Source: an uncultured candidatus Porisulfidus sp. (GTDB lineage: Bacteria; Pseudomonadota; Gammaproteobacteria; Poriferisulfidales; Poriferisulfidaceae). Taken from it: 64,000 nt of DNA. The stretch is taken from positions 320,001-384,000 of the forward strand of contig CBDASZ010000002.1 in assembly GCA_965199755.1 (NCBI GenBank). Direction: 5' to 3'. Shown in pieces: positions 1-9,130 of the stretch; position 1 is the first letter of the stretch; each line of letters starts with the position of its first letter. A model generated the notes under the pieces. It did not search any database. It was not told the DNA's origin and was given only the letters and a program-made list of their open reading frames with translations. A program made the translations under genes and the position numbers.

Positions 1-672
1 CAAATGCCGCAAGCGCACGGCAATTTCCGGATGCCGCGCACACAGCCATGGCTCAAACACGTTGCTCCCCAAATGCATCTGTGCAACGTCTATTGTGATA
101 GGCGTGCGCCATTGTGTCAATTTCACCGCCCGATAGGCCTGCCCCGTATCCACCGGAACCGGTGCCGGCAACACCACCGCCACACCTTCGCGCGGCTCCA
201 TCGGAGTCAGTTTCTCGCCAATGCCTTCCATCCATGCAGCGCCGCCCCACACAAATAGCGGCACATCCGCGCCAAGGCGCAAACCGAGCGCGGCCAACTC
301 CGAGCGCGTCCATGGATCCCCCCACAAATGATTGAGTCCATGCAATACGACGGCCGCATCTGAACTGCCGCCGCCCAACCCGCCACCCCAGGCAATGCGC
401 TTGTGCAGGAACATATTCACCCCGTGCCCCTCGGCATGATGCTCCAGCGCCAGCCGCGCGGCGCGCACGCACAGATTGTCATCTGATCCCAGTTCCCCGC
501 CTGTAGTATCGGAGTAGGTCACCTTGCGGTCCGCGCGTGGCTCCAGCTCCAGCGTATCGCTCCAGTCGATCATCTGGCACCAGCTCTGGAGTTCGTGGTA
601 GCCGTCCTCACGCCGCCCCGTGACGTGCAGCATCAGATTGAGTTTGGCGCATGCGCGCAACTCCAGCGTCAT
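1..672 (-). CDS. ispE: 4-diphosphocytidyl-2-C-methyl-D-erythritol kinase (runs off the window edge; absent from the ORF track)
   Basis: Manual translation from ATG at 672: MTLELRACAKLNLMLHVTGRREDGYHELQS...DDNLCVRAA (AKLNL.LHV.GRR.DGYH motif); ATGA overlap with the lolB stop; conserved lolB-ispE order. Confidence 0.93.
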   Translation of the reverse strand, partial: MTLELRACAKLNLMLHVTGRREDGYHELQSWCQMIDWSDTLELEPRADRKVTYSDTTGGELGSDDNLCVRAARLALEHHAEGHGVNMFLHKRIAWGGGLGGGSSDAAVVLHGLNHLWGDPWTRSELAALGLRLGADVPLFVWGGAAWMEGIGEKLTPMEPREGVAVVLPAPVPVDTGQAYRAVKLTQWRTPITIDVAQMHLGSNVFEPWLCARHPEIAVRLRHL

Positions 673-1274
673 TCGCGCACCCATTCACGCACCGCCACAG
701 CGCCACGCAACTCCTCGTACGTGAAGCGCATATGTCCGGGCAAGGCCGGCTCGGCGCAACAACTGTAGTCCTGATATTCCACTTGCCAGCCATTTTGCTC
801 GATGCGCCGCGCGCGCGCCTGCGCGTCGTATTCCAGGTGAGTGGCCTCACCGGAAGGCGGCAGTCCGCGCACCAGACGCGCCAGTTCCACAAACGGCAGT
901 GCCACACCGAGGTGCTCGCGCAGCAACGGCGCAAGCTGTCCGGCGTATTCCGCCTTGCCATCGTGCAGCACCCCTGTGCCGGTCTCCCAATCTCCCTGCA
1001 CCTGGATCGCGCCCAAACCGAAAGGCCCGCGCAAACTCATCTCAAACATCGTCCCTTGCTGCTTCCATGTCAGCGCACCCTGCAGTTGTCCCTCAGACCA
1101 CATCACGCCAAAGCGCCCACGCAGTTCCCAATGATCCATGGCCTCCAGCTGAGCCGCGTGCTGCTGCCAGCGCGCCTGCATCTGGCTTGCATCCTGCAAT
1201 TCGGGGTCGGGCAACAGCGCGCATCCTGCAAGCAGCGCGACCGACAACACACTGCTGATTCCTCTGCGCGTCAT
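669..1274 (-). CDS. lolB: Outer-membrane lipoprotein insertase LolB
   Basis: Lipobox LLAGC; W.L.GR.G, L.GPFG.G, Q.GW.V.Y motifs; lies between the TPR gene and ispE. Confidence 0.9.
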   Translation of the reverse strand: MTRRGISSVLSVALLAGCALLPDPELQDASQMQARWQQHAAQLEAMDHWELRGRFGVMWSEGQLQGALTWKQQGTMFEMSLRGPFGLGAIQVQGDWETGTGVLHDGKAEYAGQLAPLLREHLGVALPFVELARLVRGLPPSGEATHLEYDAQARARRIEQNGWQVEYQDYSCCAEPALPGHMRFTYEELRGAVAVREWVRE

Positions 1275-3094
1275 AAGGAGAAACGCTGCGCGACCCGCTC
1301 CAGAAACTCATCATCTGGCAACTCCTCAGCCGCCTCCTGATACAGACGCACGGCCTCCTCGTGCCGCCCCTGCTGCCACAAGACTTCCACCAGATGCGCG
1401 GTGATCTCACCGTTCGGCAGCAGATTTTGCGCGCGCCGCAGGTAGTGTTCCGCGCGCTTGAGATCACCAAGGCGGTAATACGCCCAACCCATACTGTCGA
1501 GGATCGCCGCATCCTCCGGCAGCTGTTCGTGCGCGCGCTGGATATGGGCCAGTCCCTGCTCCAGATTCACGCCATGATCAACCCAGGTGTAGCCGAGCGC
1601 ATTCAGCGCACGCGCATCGTCCGGGTCGGCAGCCAGCACCAGACCCAGATCAGCTTCCACCTGGTCCAGTCGTCCCAGCCGCTCCGCATGTAAGGCGCGG
1701 CTGTACAGCAACAGCGAATCGCGCGAATAACGCCGCAACGCCTCGCTGAGCAGGTCATAGCCTGCCTGATACTGCTCATCGCCATACAGCATGTCGGCCT
1801 CGGCGATGTAGAGATGCAGAATATTTTCGTCATCACCGCTTCGCGCGCGGCTGATGCGCAAATGCAGTCGGGCGCGATCGATGCGCCCCACCTGCCACAG
1901 CAACTTCGCGATGCGGAGGCGCGCCTTGCGGAAATATTGATCCACGCCCAGATAATCGCGCTCCTCCACTTTATAGTAGTAATTCATCGCCGTAACGAAG
2001 CGGTTGTCATGCTCGGCCAGAAGACCGAGATAATAGGCAGCGACCGAATAGTTGAATGACGCCGGCTCATCCCGCACCAGAGAGTTGGGGTTCTGACTCA
2101 GATCGACAAACGCCTCGCGCGACTGTTCCCAGTCCTGCAGCGCTAGCGAAAGCGTGCCACGCTTCAGTTGCCAGTGCGGATTGTCCGGCTCTTCCTCAAG
2201 CAAAGGCTGCAAGGCTTCCATGGCTTCCTCCACGCGGCCCAGTTCGCCGAGCAGATTGACCAGCCTGCGCCATAGAGGCAGTTGCTCCTGTACTCTTATC
2301 GCCTGCTCCACACCCTCCCACAAAGCCTTCACCGCCTCGTCATCACGGCCCAGTAACCGCAAGGAATCGACTTTGACCCTCATCGGTAGGGCCCAGTAGC
2401 CGGTACGCTTCAAGGTCTCATCGGCGGCGAACAATGCCTCTTCAAGGTGTCCGGCTTCCTTCGCCGCTTCCGCAATATTCAGATAGGACTGCGGCTCATG
2501 CGGATAGTATCCCACCAGTTCGCGGAAAATATCCAGCCGATACGGTTGCGCTGCCGAGATCGACAACGAGTTCTTAACCGCTTCCATACTGAAGGTCAGC
2601 GGCAGGGTCCTGACTGCCAGCGCCTCAAGATACGCTTTTATCGCCTCGTCAACCTGTCCCTGAGCCGCATGAATCGCCCCCAGTATCCGCCAGGGCCGCG
2701 GATCGTCCGGCAGCACTTCCTGCCAACGCTTCGCCGCGCGCATCGCGCGGGCGTAGTCCTCCATCCATATCCCGATTTCAGTGCTGCGATAGGCGATCTC
2801 GGGATCGTCGGTCTTCAAGGACGCCTGATAGTAATGTTCAAAGGCCTCCGGCAACTCACCGCGATAGCCGTACATTTCGCCCTGCAACAACTCGTAGACT
2901 AGTTCGGCCAGCGTATCGGTTGGTACCTGGGCGTCTTGTGGCAGTTTCTCCAGAGGCTGGCAGGCCGAGGTCAACAGCGCCGCCGCGACCCCGATGATTC
3001 GGAGGTCGAGGGGACAAAAAGCCGCGGAAAGATGAACGCGGCGGCGGAGTTGGCATAAAATGGAAGGCACAAACGCCATTTTACTTGTGCGCAC
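1271..3094 (-). CDS. Tetratricopeptide-repeat (lipo)protein, conserved neighbour divergent from hemA; start uncertain
   Basis: Multiple TPRs including ALNALGYTWVD and AILDSMGWAYYRLG; possible lipobox LTSAC; conserved hemA/TPR/lolB context. Confidence 0.85.
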   Translation of the reverse strand: MRTSKMAFVPSILCQLRRRVHLSAAFCPLDLRIIGVAAALLTSACQPLEKLPQDAQVPTDTLAELVYELLQGEMYGYRGELPEAFEHYYQASLKTDDPEIAYRSTEIGIWMEDYARAMRAAKRWQEVLPDDPRPWRILGAIHAAQGQVDEAIKAYLEALAVRTLPLTFSMEAVKNSLSISAAQPYRLDIFRELVGYYPHEPQSYLNIAEAAKEAGHLEEALFAADETLKRTGYWALPMRVKVDSLRLLGRDDEAVKALWEGVEQAIRVQEQLPLWRRLVNLLGELGRVEEAMEALQPLLEEEPDNPHWQLKRGTLSLALQDWEQSREAFVDLSQNPNSLVRDEPASFNYSVAAYYLGLLAEHDNRFVTAMNYYYKVEERDYLGVDQYFRKARLRIAKLLWQVGRIDRARLHLRISRARSGDDENILHLYIAEADMLYGDEQYQAGYDLLSEALRRYSRDSLLLYSRALHAERLGRLDQVEADLGLVLAADPDDARALNALGYTWVDHGVNLEQGLAHIQRAHEQLPEDAAILDSMGWAYYRLGDLKRAEHYLRRAQNLLPNGEITAHLVEVLWQQGRHEEAVRLYQEAAEELPDDEFLERVAQRFSL

Positions 3095-3117
3095 GGCGGC
3101 GCGCTCCCTTCCTGCCC

Positions 3118-4383
3118 ATGTCTCTCTCCATTCTTGGCCTCAATCACCGCACCGCGCAACTTGAGTTGCGCGAGAAGCTGGCGTTCACCCCGGACACCAT
3201 GTCATCGGCGCTGCAGGAACTTCGCGCCGTGCCGGATGTGGAGGAGGCCATGATCCTCTCGACCTGCAACCGCACCGAGTTGTACCTCAGTCATCAGCGC
3301 GACGAAGCCGTCGAGCGGGTGCTGGAGTGGCTGTGCCAGTGGCATCAGGTGGATCGCAAACACATTCGGGACGCCCTGTACTGGCGCACCGGCACCGATG
3401 CCATTCGCCACGCCATTGAGGTCGCCAGCGGTCTGGACTCCATGGTGCTGGGAGAAACTGAGATTCTGGGCCAGTTCAAGCAAGCCTCCCGTGACGCCGA
3501 TGCCGCGGGCACGCTCGGCAGTCAGTTGCACAGCCTGACGCAACAAGCCTTCAGCACCGCCAAAGAGGTGCGCACCAACACGGAAATCAGCCGCAATCCG
3601 GTCTCGCTCGCACACGCGGCGGTATCCCTGACGCAACAGTTCTTCGATCGGCTGCAAGACCACCGGGCGTTGGTGGTCGGCGCGGGCGAAACCGCGCAAC
3701 TGGTGGCGCGCTATCTGCACGACCGCCAAATTGGCCACCTGACCATCGCCAACCGCAGTCTGGACCGAGCGCAAGCGCTGGCGCGCGAATTGCTGGCCCA
3801 TGCCATTCCGATCTCACACATGGAACAGGCGCTGAAGGATGCCGACATTGTGGTCAGCAGCACCAACAGCCCGCTGCCGATACTCGGCAAGGGACGTATC
3901 GAAGGGATCCTCCGGCAGCGCAAGCATCAGCCGCTCTACATGGTGGATCTGGCAGTCCCTCGCGACATTGAACCACAGATCGGCGAGTTGCCGGACGTGT
4001 ATCTGTATACCCTGGATGACTTGCGTCGGGTGGTGGAAGAAAACCTGAAGTCGCGCGAGCGGGCGCGAGAAGAAGCCAACGCGATCATCGCGCGGCACGT
4101 GGAGGCTTGCGCGCAGCGCGAACGCGGCGAATCCGCCTTTGACCTAATCCGGGAATACCGCGCGTCCTCACAGCAGTGGCGCGATCAAACTCTGGCGCAA
4201 GCCCGCCGGCGTCTGGCGCAAGGACAGAGCCCCAACGAAGTGCTGGAATGGCTGAGCCACACCCTGTGCAACCGTCTGATGCACGCACCCACACAGACCT
4301 TGAATCAAGCCGGTCAGGACGGAGACGAGGCGCTGTTGCAGGCCATGCGCCGTCTGCTGGACCTTGATCCTTCGGAGTCATGA
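3118..4383 (+). CDS. hemA: Glutamyl-tRNA reductase
   Basis: GLNHRTA, STCNRTE catalytic motif, GLDSMVLGETEILGQ, GAGE, DLAVPRDIE. Confidence 0.97.
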   Translation: MSLSILGLNHRTAQLELREKLAFTPDTMSSALQELRAVPDVEEAMILSTCNRTELYLSHQRDEAVERVLEWLCQWHQVDRKHIRDALYWRTGTDAIRHAIEVASGLDSMVLGETEILGQFKQASRDADAAGTLGSQLHSLTQQAFSTAKEVRTNTEISRNPVSLAHAAVSLTQQFFDRLQDHRALVVGAGETAQLVARYLHDRQIGHLTIANRSLDRAQALARELLAHAIPISHMEQALKDADIVVSSTNSPLPILGKGRIEGILRQRKHQPLYMVDLAVPRDIEPQIGELPDVYLYTLDDLRRVVEENLKSRERAREEANAIIARHVEACAQRERGESAFDLIREYRASSQQWRDQTLAQARRRLAQGQSPNEVLEWLSHTLCNRLMHAPTQTLNQAGQDGDEALLQAMRRLLDLDPSES

Positions 4384-5462
4384 AGGACGCTATTCGGGAC
4401 CAACTCGACACTCTGGTCGCCCGACACGCCCAACTGCAAAGTGATCTGTCCCGCCCGGACGCTGCGGATGATCGCGATCACTACCGGGAATCCATGAGCG
4501 AAATGGCGCGCCTCGCCCGCGTGGTTGAGGATTACAGCGAGTATCAAGCCTGTATGCGAGAACGCGACGCGCTGGAGGAGATGCGCAAAGAGGATTCGGT
4601 GGATGCGGAGCTTGAGATCCTGGTGAGCGAAGAGCGTGCCCAGCTGACGCAAAAGATGGAAGCACTGGAGAAAACGCTGCTGCGCTTTCTGATTCCCGCC
4701 GATCCGCATGACGCTTGCGATGTGTTCCTGGAAATCCGTGCCGGCACCGGCGGTGAGGAAGCCGCCCTGTTTGCGGCGGACTTGTTTCGGATGTATGCGC
4801 GCTACGCGGAACGGCGCGGCTGGAGCCTGCAATTGCTGAGCGCGCATGAAAGTGAACAGGGGGGATTCCGCGAAGCGGTGTCTCGCATCAGCGGCAAGCA
4901 GGTCTACGCCTCTTTGAAATTCGAGTCTGGCACGCATCGGGTGCAGCGCATCCCGAAAACCGAGTCGCAAGGGCGCATTCACACCTCTGCGGCGACCGTC
5001 GCGGTGTTGCCGGAAATCGAAAAGACTGAAACCCTCACAATTGCACCGGAAGATCTGCGCATTGACCGGTTCCGCGCCTCCGGGGCGGGCGGACAGCATC
5101 TCAACAAGACCGATTCCGCCGTGCGCATCACCCACCTGCCAACCGGCCTGGCCATTGAATGCCAGAACGAGCGCTCGCAGCACCGCAACAAGGAACAAGC
5201 CATGGCGCTACTGCAGGCGCGCCTGCTGGATCAGGAACGACAGCGTCAAGCAGAGCAGGAATCCAGTCGGCGTCAAGAACTAATCGGCAGCGGTGATCGC
5301 TCCGAGCGCATCCGCACCTACAACTTCCCGCAGGGACGCCTCACCGACCACCGCATCGGCCTGACGGTGTACGCATTGCAGGAGATCCTCGAAGGAGATC
5401 TGGAAGCGGTCATTGAACCACTGCAGCATGAATTCCATGACCGCATCGACACATCAGCCTGA
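4380..5462 (+). CDS. prfA: Peptide chain release factor 1
   Basis: GGQ motif, PKT (PxT) anticodon-like motif, GSGDRSERIRTYNFPQGR; hemA-prfA-prmC order. Confidence 0.97.
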   Translation: MKDAIRDQLDTLVARHAQLQSDLSRPDAADDRDHYRESMSEMARLARVVEDYSEYQACMRERDALEEMRKEDSVDAELEILVSEERAQLTQKMEALEKTLLRFLIPADPHDACDVFLEIRAGTGGEEAALFAADLFRMYARYAERRGWSLQLLSAHESEQGGFREAVSRISGKQVYASLKFESGTHRVQRIPKTESQGRIHTSAATVAVLPEIEKTETLTIAPEDLRIDRFRASGAGGQHLNKTDSAVRITHLPTGLAIECQNERSQHRNKEQAMALLQARLLDQERQRQAEQESSRRQELIGSGDRSERIRTYNFPQGRLTDHRIGLTVYALQEILEGDLEAVIEPLQHEFHDRIDTSA

Positions 5463-6300
5463 AAGCGCGTGTCTGCGTGACACATTGCAGGCCGCGCGGC
5501 ACACGCTGCAACACTGTAGCGACACACCCGATACGGACGCGCAATGGCTATGGAGCCATGCCTTGCAGCGCGATCAGGCTTGGCTTCTGGCGCACCCTGA
5601 ATATCGCCCTACGCCGCAGCAGCAACACCGTGGCGACTACCTGATTCGTCAGCGTCAGCAAGGACACAGCGTCGCGCACCTGTGCGGCTACAGCGGCTTT
5701 ATGGATTTCACACTGCACCTGAGCCCGCACGCTCTGGCACCGCGCCCTGAAACCGAGATTCTGGTCGTCGAGGCCCTGCGTATCCTGCCTGTGCGCGCGC
5801 AAGTACTGGAATGGGGAACCGGCAGCGGCGCAATTGCCCTTGCGATCGCCAAGGCCCGCCCGGATTGCAATATTCTGGCGCTGGACTGCGATCGGAAAAG
5901 TTTGAACCTCGCGCGCCGCAATGCTCTAACGCTGCGGCTTGGCAACGTCCGATTCGCATGGGGAGACTGGAACCGAAATACGAGCTGGCCGCAGGCATGC
6001 TACGACCTGATTCTGGCCAACCCCCCCTATATCGCGCCGCATGACGCCTGCCTGCAAGGGCCGGGTGTGCGCCGCGAACCGCGACGCGCACTGGTATCTG
6101 CGAACACAGGGCTTCAAGCGATATATTCCATCTCATATCGTGCCCGAGAAAATATATGCAGGAATGGATGGTTGATGCTAGAGCATGGTGATAACCAGGG
6201 TCTTGTGTGTGGGCGCATGTTGCGGCGTGCCGGATGGGGACAAGTGCGCTCTGCATCAGACTGGTCAGGGACGCCCCGCGCAATCTGCGCGCATCGGTAA
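5437..6300 (+). CDS. prmC: Release factor glutamine methyltransferase
   Basis: PRPETE, GTGSGAIA, NPPY; follows prfA. Confidence 0.93.
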   Translation: MTASTHQPESACLRDTLQAARHTLQHCSDTPDTDAQWLWSHALQRDQAWLLAHPEYRPTPQQQHRGDYLIRQRQQGHSVAHLCGYSGFMDFTLHLSPHALAPRPETEILVVEALRILPVRAQVLEWGTGSGAIALAIAKARPDCNILALDCDRKSLNLARRNALTLRLGNVRFAWGDWNRNTSWPQACYDLILANPPYIAPHDACLQGPGVRREPRRALVSANTGLQAIYSISYRARENICRNGWLMLEHGDNQGLVCGRMLRRAGWGQVRSASDWSGTPRAICAHR

Positions 6301-6332
6301 CCCTGTGCGACTGGCCATGTCACCCTCTTCGG

Positions 6333-6338
6333 TAGAAT
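6333..6338 (+). promoter_or_regulatory. -10 box TAGAAT 7 nt before the dsbB ATG (probable leaderless promoter)
   Basis: GGTAGAATTATCGCCATG; no Shine-Dalgarno. Confidence 0.5.
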
Positions 6339-6345
6339 TATCGCC

Positions 6346-6849
6346 ATGACACGGCTGCCCCCGCTCCACCTCATGGGTCTGCTGCTATGCCTTGGCGCAT
6401 TGGCGTTCGCCTATTTCTATCTGGAGCGTACTCTGGGACTGGAACCATGCCCGCTGTGCGTTCTGGATCGCATTCTGCTGGGAACTCTGGCGGGTATTTT
6501 CGCTTTGGCATGGCTGCAGCAACCCAACCGACGCGACCGCATCGGCTACGACATCGGTGCACTGGTCTTCTCCGCGGGCGGTTTGGCTGTGGCCGGGAGA
6601 CATGTCTATCTACAGCACGTGCCCCCGGATACGCTGGGAGACTGCGGTGCGGGATTCTGGCACCTGATGGAAGAAATCGGCATTGAAGGAGCTGTGGCCT
6701 CAGCGCTGCGCGGCGGAGGCGATTGCGGTGCCATTCAGTGGACCCTCTTTGGGCTGTCGATCCCCACCCTCACCCTGATCCTGTTTGGGATGCTGTTTTT
6801 GATGGCGCTTATTGATATGGTTGGGACCAGTTTGCAGAAAAGTTTTTGA
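6346..6849 (+). CDS. dsbB: Disulfide bond formation protein DsbB
   Basis: LEPCPLC, AGRHVYLQ, second Cys pair (DCG...GDCG.I.W..FGLS), four hydrophobic helices. Confidence 0.92.
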   Translation: MTRLPPLHLMGLLLCLGALAFAYFYLERTLGLEPCPLCVLDRILLGTLAGIFALAWLQQPNRRDRIGYDIGALVFSAGGLAVAGRHVYLQHVPPDTLGDCGAGFWHLMEEIGIEGAVASALRGGGDCGAIQWTLFGLSIPTLTLILFGMLFLMALIDMVGTSLQKSF

Positions 6850-7220
6850 ATTTCTCGAAGAGCAAGAATGAAATTCACATTGAAATTCCCGTTCATTGAA
6901 AAATCCATACTACACTTCCCAGTTGAGCTCCTTAATGGAGCAGACAAGTTATCCCAAAAGTAGTTTGAAACTTTGATTGCAGAAATGCAAGAGGTCAATT
7001 TATGATAACCCCCGTTCGCTCAGCAAAAGCCGTTCGCGCTCTGCTACGGGTGCACGGCGTGCCTCACGGGCCTATACCGAAGCCAACGAAGGCTGATTTG
7101 GAGCACAAGTTTGTGATGCGGATTAACTGATACGGAAAGCCAACCATCAAGGAAGTCTAAAATACGGTCTTGTCAACTCTCCCCTATAATTCCCATTTAA
7201 ATAGCTACAGGGCTACATTG

Positions 7221-7640
7221 ATGCGTCTGTTACTCTCGCTCTTCTTGGGTGTTGCCGCGGCAATGCCTGTTGGTGCCGAAATGCCGCGTCAGGCCTCATC
7301 GGAAGGCGCGGAAGTTTATTTCATCAGCCCACAAAACGGCGCGACCGTCTCGTCCCCGTTTCGCGTCACGTTCGGGTTGCGCGGCATGGGCGTCGCTCCC
7401 GCCGGCATAAACCAGCCAAACACCGGTCATCATCACTTGCTGATTAATGCGCCGGAAGTCGATCTTGGCATGCCGCTTCCGGCAAACGATCAGGTCCGAC
7501 ATTTTGGAGGCGGGCAGACCGAGGCAGAACTCAGTCTGGAACCAGGCACTTATAGGTTGCAGCTGGTGCTCGGCGATTACGCGCACATCCCCCACGACCC
7601 GCCGATCGCATCAGAAAGCATCACGATCACCGTCGAGTAA
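7221..7640 (+). CDS. Secreted DUF4399-type protein
   Basis: Signal peptide; VYFISP.NG.TV, FGL.GMGVAPAG, TGHHHLLI, HFGGGQTE. Confidence 0.85.
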   Translation: MRLLLSLFLGVAAAMPVGAEMPRQASSEGAEVYFISPQNGATVSSPFRVTFGLRGMGVAPAGINQPNTGHHHLLINAPEVDLGMPLPANDQVRHFGGGQTEAELSLEPGTYRLQLVLGDYAHIPHDPPIASESITITVE

Positions 7641-7643
7641 GTC

Positions 7644-8552
7644 TCAAGCCCAGTCGACCTCACCGCGAAACCGCGCCATCATTTCGGCTTCCGGCGAATC
7701 TGCCGCTGGCTGATAGTCGTAACTCCAGGTACATTTCGGCGGCAGGGACATCAGGATTGATTCCGCGCGCTGGCTGTTTTGCAGCCCAAACAGCGTCCCC
7801 CGGTCATACAGCAAATTGAACTCCACATAGCGGCCGCGCCGATATTTCTGAAAAGCGCGCTCGCGTTCGCCGTAAGATATCTCCCAGCGACGTTCTACAA
7901 GCGGCACATACGCCTCCAAAAAACCGTCCGCGACAGATTGCATCAGTGCAAAACAGCGCGCAAAGTCCCATTCATTGAGATCATCAAAAAACAAGCCGCC
8001 GATACCACGCGATTCCCCGCGGTGGGGCAGATAAAAGTAGGTGTCGCACCATTCGGAAAACCGCGAATAGATCTCTTCGCCGAACGGGGCGCACGCCTTG
8101 CGCGCCTGTTCGCGCCAATGACAAACGTCTTCCGCAAAACTGTAGTACGGCGTCAAATCAAAGCCGCCACCGAACCACCAATGCGCCTCACCCTGTTCGG
8201 AGTGAGCGATAAAAAAGCGGGTATTGCAGTGCGCGGTCGGGGCATAAGGGTTGCGGGGATGGCACACGATCGACACCCCCATGGCCTGAAACGTGCAGCC
8301 CGCCAGTTCCGGGTGGCGCGCAGTTGCCGCCTGCGGCAGCGCATCACCGTACACGTGCGAGAAATTCACGCCCGCCTTCTCAAAGCAGACGCCCTCTTCT
8401 AACACCCGCGTCTCACCGCGACTGCCGCCGCCCTGCTGCCAAGGATCACGCCGGAATGTCGCCTGCGTCTCAAATGCTTCGAACACCGTGCAGGCACGCT
8501 CCTGATACGTCTCCAGAAAATCGCGCACCGCCTGCTCGTTGGGCTCACTCAT
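7644..8552 (-). CDS. hemF: Oxygen-dependent coproporphyrinogen III oxidase
   Basis: EKAGVNFSHV, HPRNPYAPT.H.N.RFF, WWFGGGFDLTPYY, RRGRYVEFNL.YDRGT.FGL. Confidence 0.97.
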   Translation of the reverse strand: MSEPNEQAVRDFLETYQERACTVFEAFETQATFRRDPWQQGGGSRGETRVLEEGVCFEKAGVNFSHVYGDALPQAATARHPELAGCTFQAMGVSIVCHPRNPYAPTAHCNTRFFIAHSEQGEAHWWFGGGFDLTPYYSFAEDVCHWREQARKACAPFGEEIYSRFSEWCDTYFYLPHRGESRGIGGLFFDDLNEWDFARCFALMQSVADGFLEAYVPLVERRWEISYGERERAFQKYRRGRYVEFNLLYDRGTLFGLQNSQRAESILMSLPPKCTWSYDYQPAADSPEAEMMARFRGEVDWA

Positions 8553-9118
8553 GCATCACCTCCCGGTCGCAGCACCGCACCGCTCGCCAGATCCCGAATC
8601 TCGCTTGGTCCAGCCGCGGTTCCCAAAGCGCCTTCAATCACGCCGTCAAGCCGCGTCCCAAACATCGTATCCAGATCTTCAATGTTGCGTGCCGTGGACT
8701 GCCCTTCTTCATTCGCGCTAGTGGACACCAACGCACCGAGTTGCTCGCATATCTGTTTGCACAGCGTATGGCGGGTGATTCGAATGGCTTGTGTTTGATG
8801 CGTCCCGCGCAGCAATGACGGGGCCTCCTCCAGCGCGGGCACCAGCCATGTGACCGCCTGCTCTTGCCGCATGATCTGTTCGCACTGCTGCTCCTGCAAA
8901 GGGGAAATATAACACGCCAGATCCTCAATCCGCGTGGCAATCAGGATCAGTCCCTTGGATGGATCGCGCCGCTTGATGTCAAGCAGGCGTCGCAACGTCT
9001 GTGGCTGATTCGGCACACAACCCAGTCCCCATACGCCTTCGGTCGGATAGCCGACGACCTGACCGCCACGCAGGGCCTGAATGCCTTCCTCAAGCGTCAA
9101 GCGGCGACACTGAGACAT
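8549..9118 (-). CDS. tsaC: Threonylcarbamoyl-AMP synthase (YrdC/Sua5 family)
   Basis: YPTEGVWGLGC, K.R...KGLILI, STSAN. Confidence 0.92.
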   Translation of the reverse strand: MSQCRRLTLEEGIQALRGGQVVGYPTEGVWGLGCVPNQPQTLRRLLDIKRRDPSKGLILIATRIEDLACYISPLQEQQCEQIMRQEQAVTWLVPALEEAPSLLRGTHQTQAIRITRHTLCKQICEQLGALVSTSANEEGQSTARNIEDLDTMFGTRLDGVIEGALGTAAGPSEIRDLASGAVLRPGGDA

Positions 9119-9130
9119 CCGTATTGCGGT

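Noticed and set aside
7128-7130. Selenocysteine read-through of the TGA in the small ORF
   Set aside because: No redox motif or recognisable SECIS hairpin; simple nonsense decay is more likely
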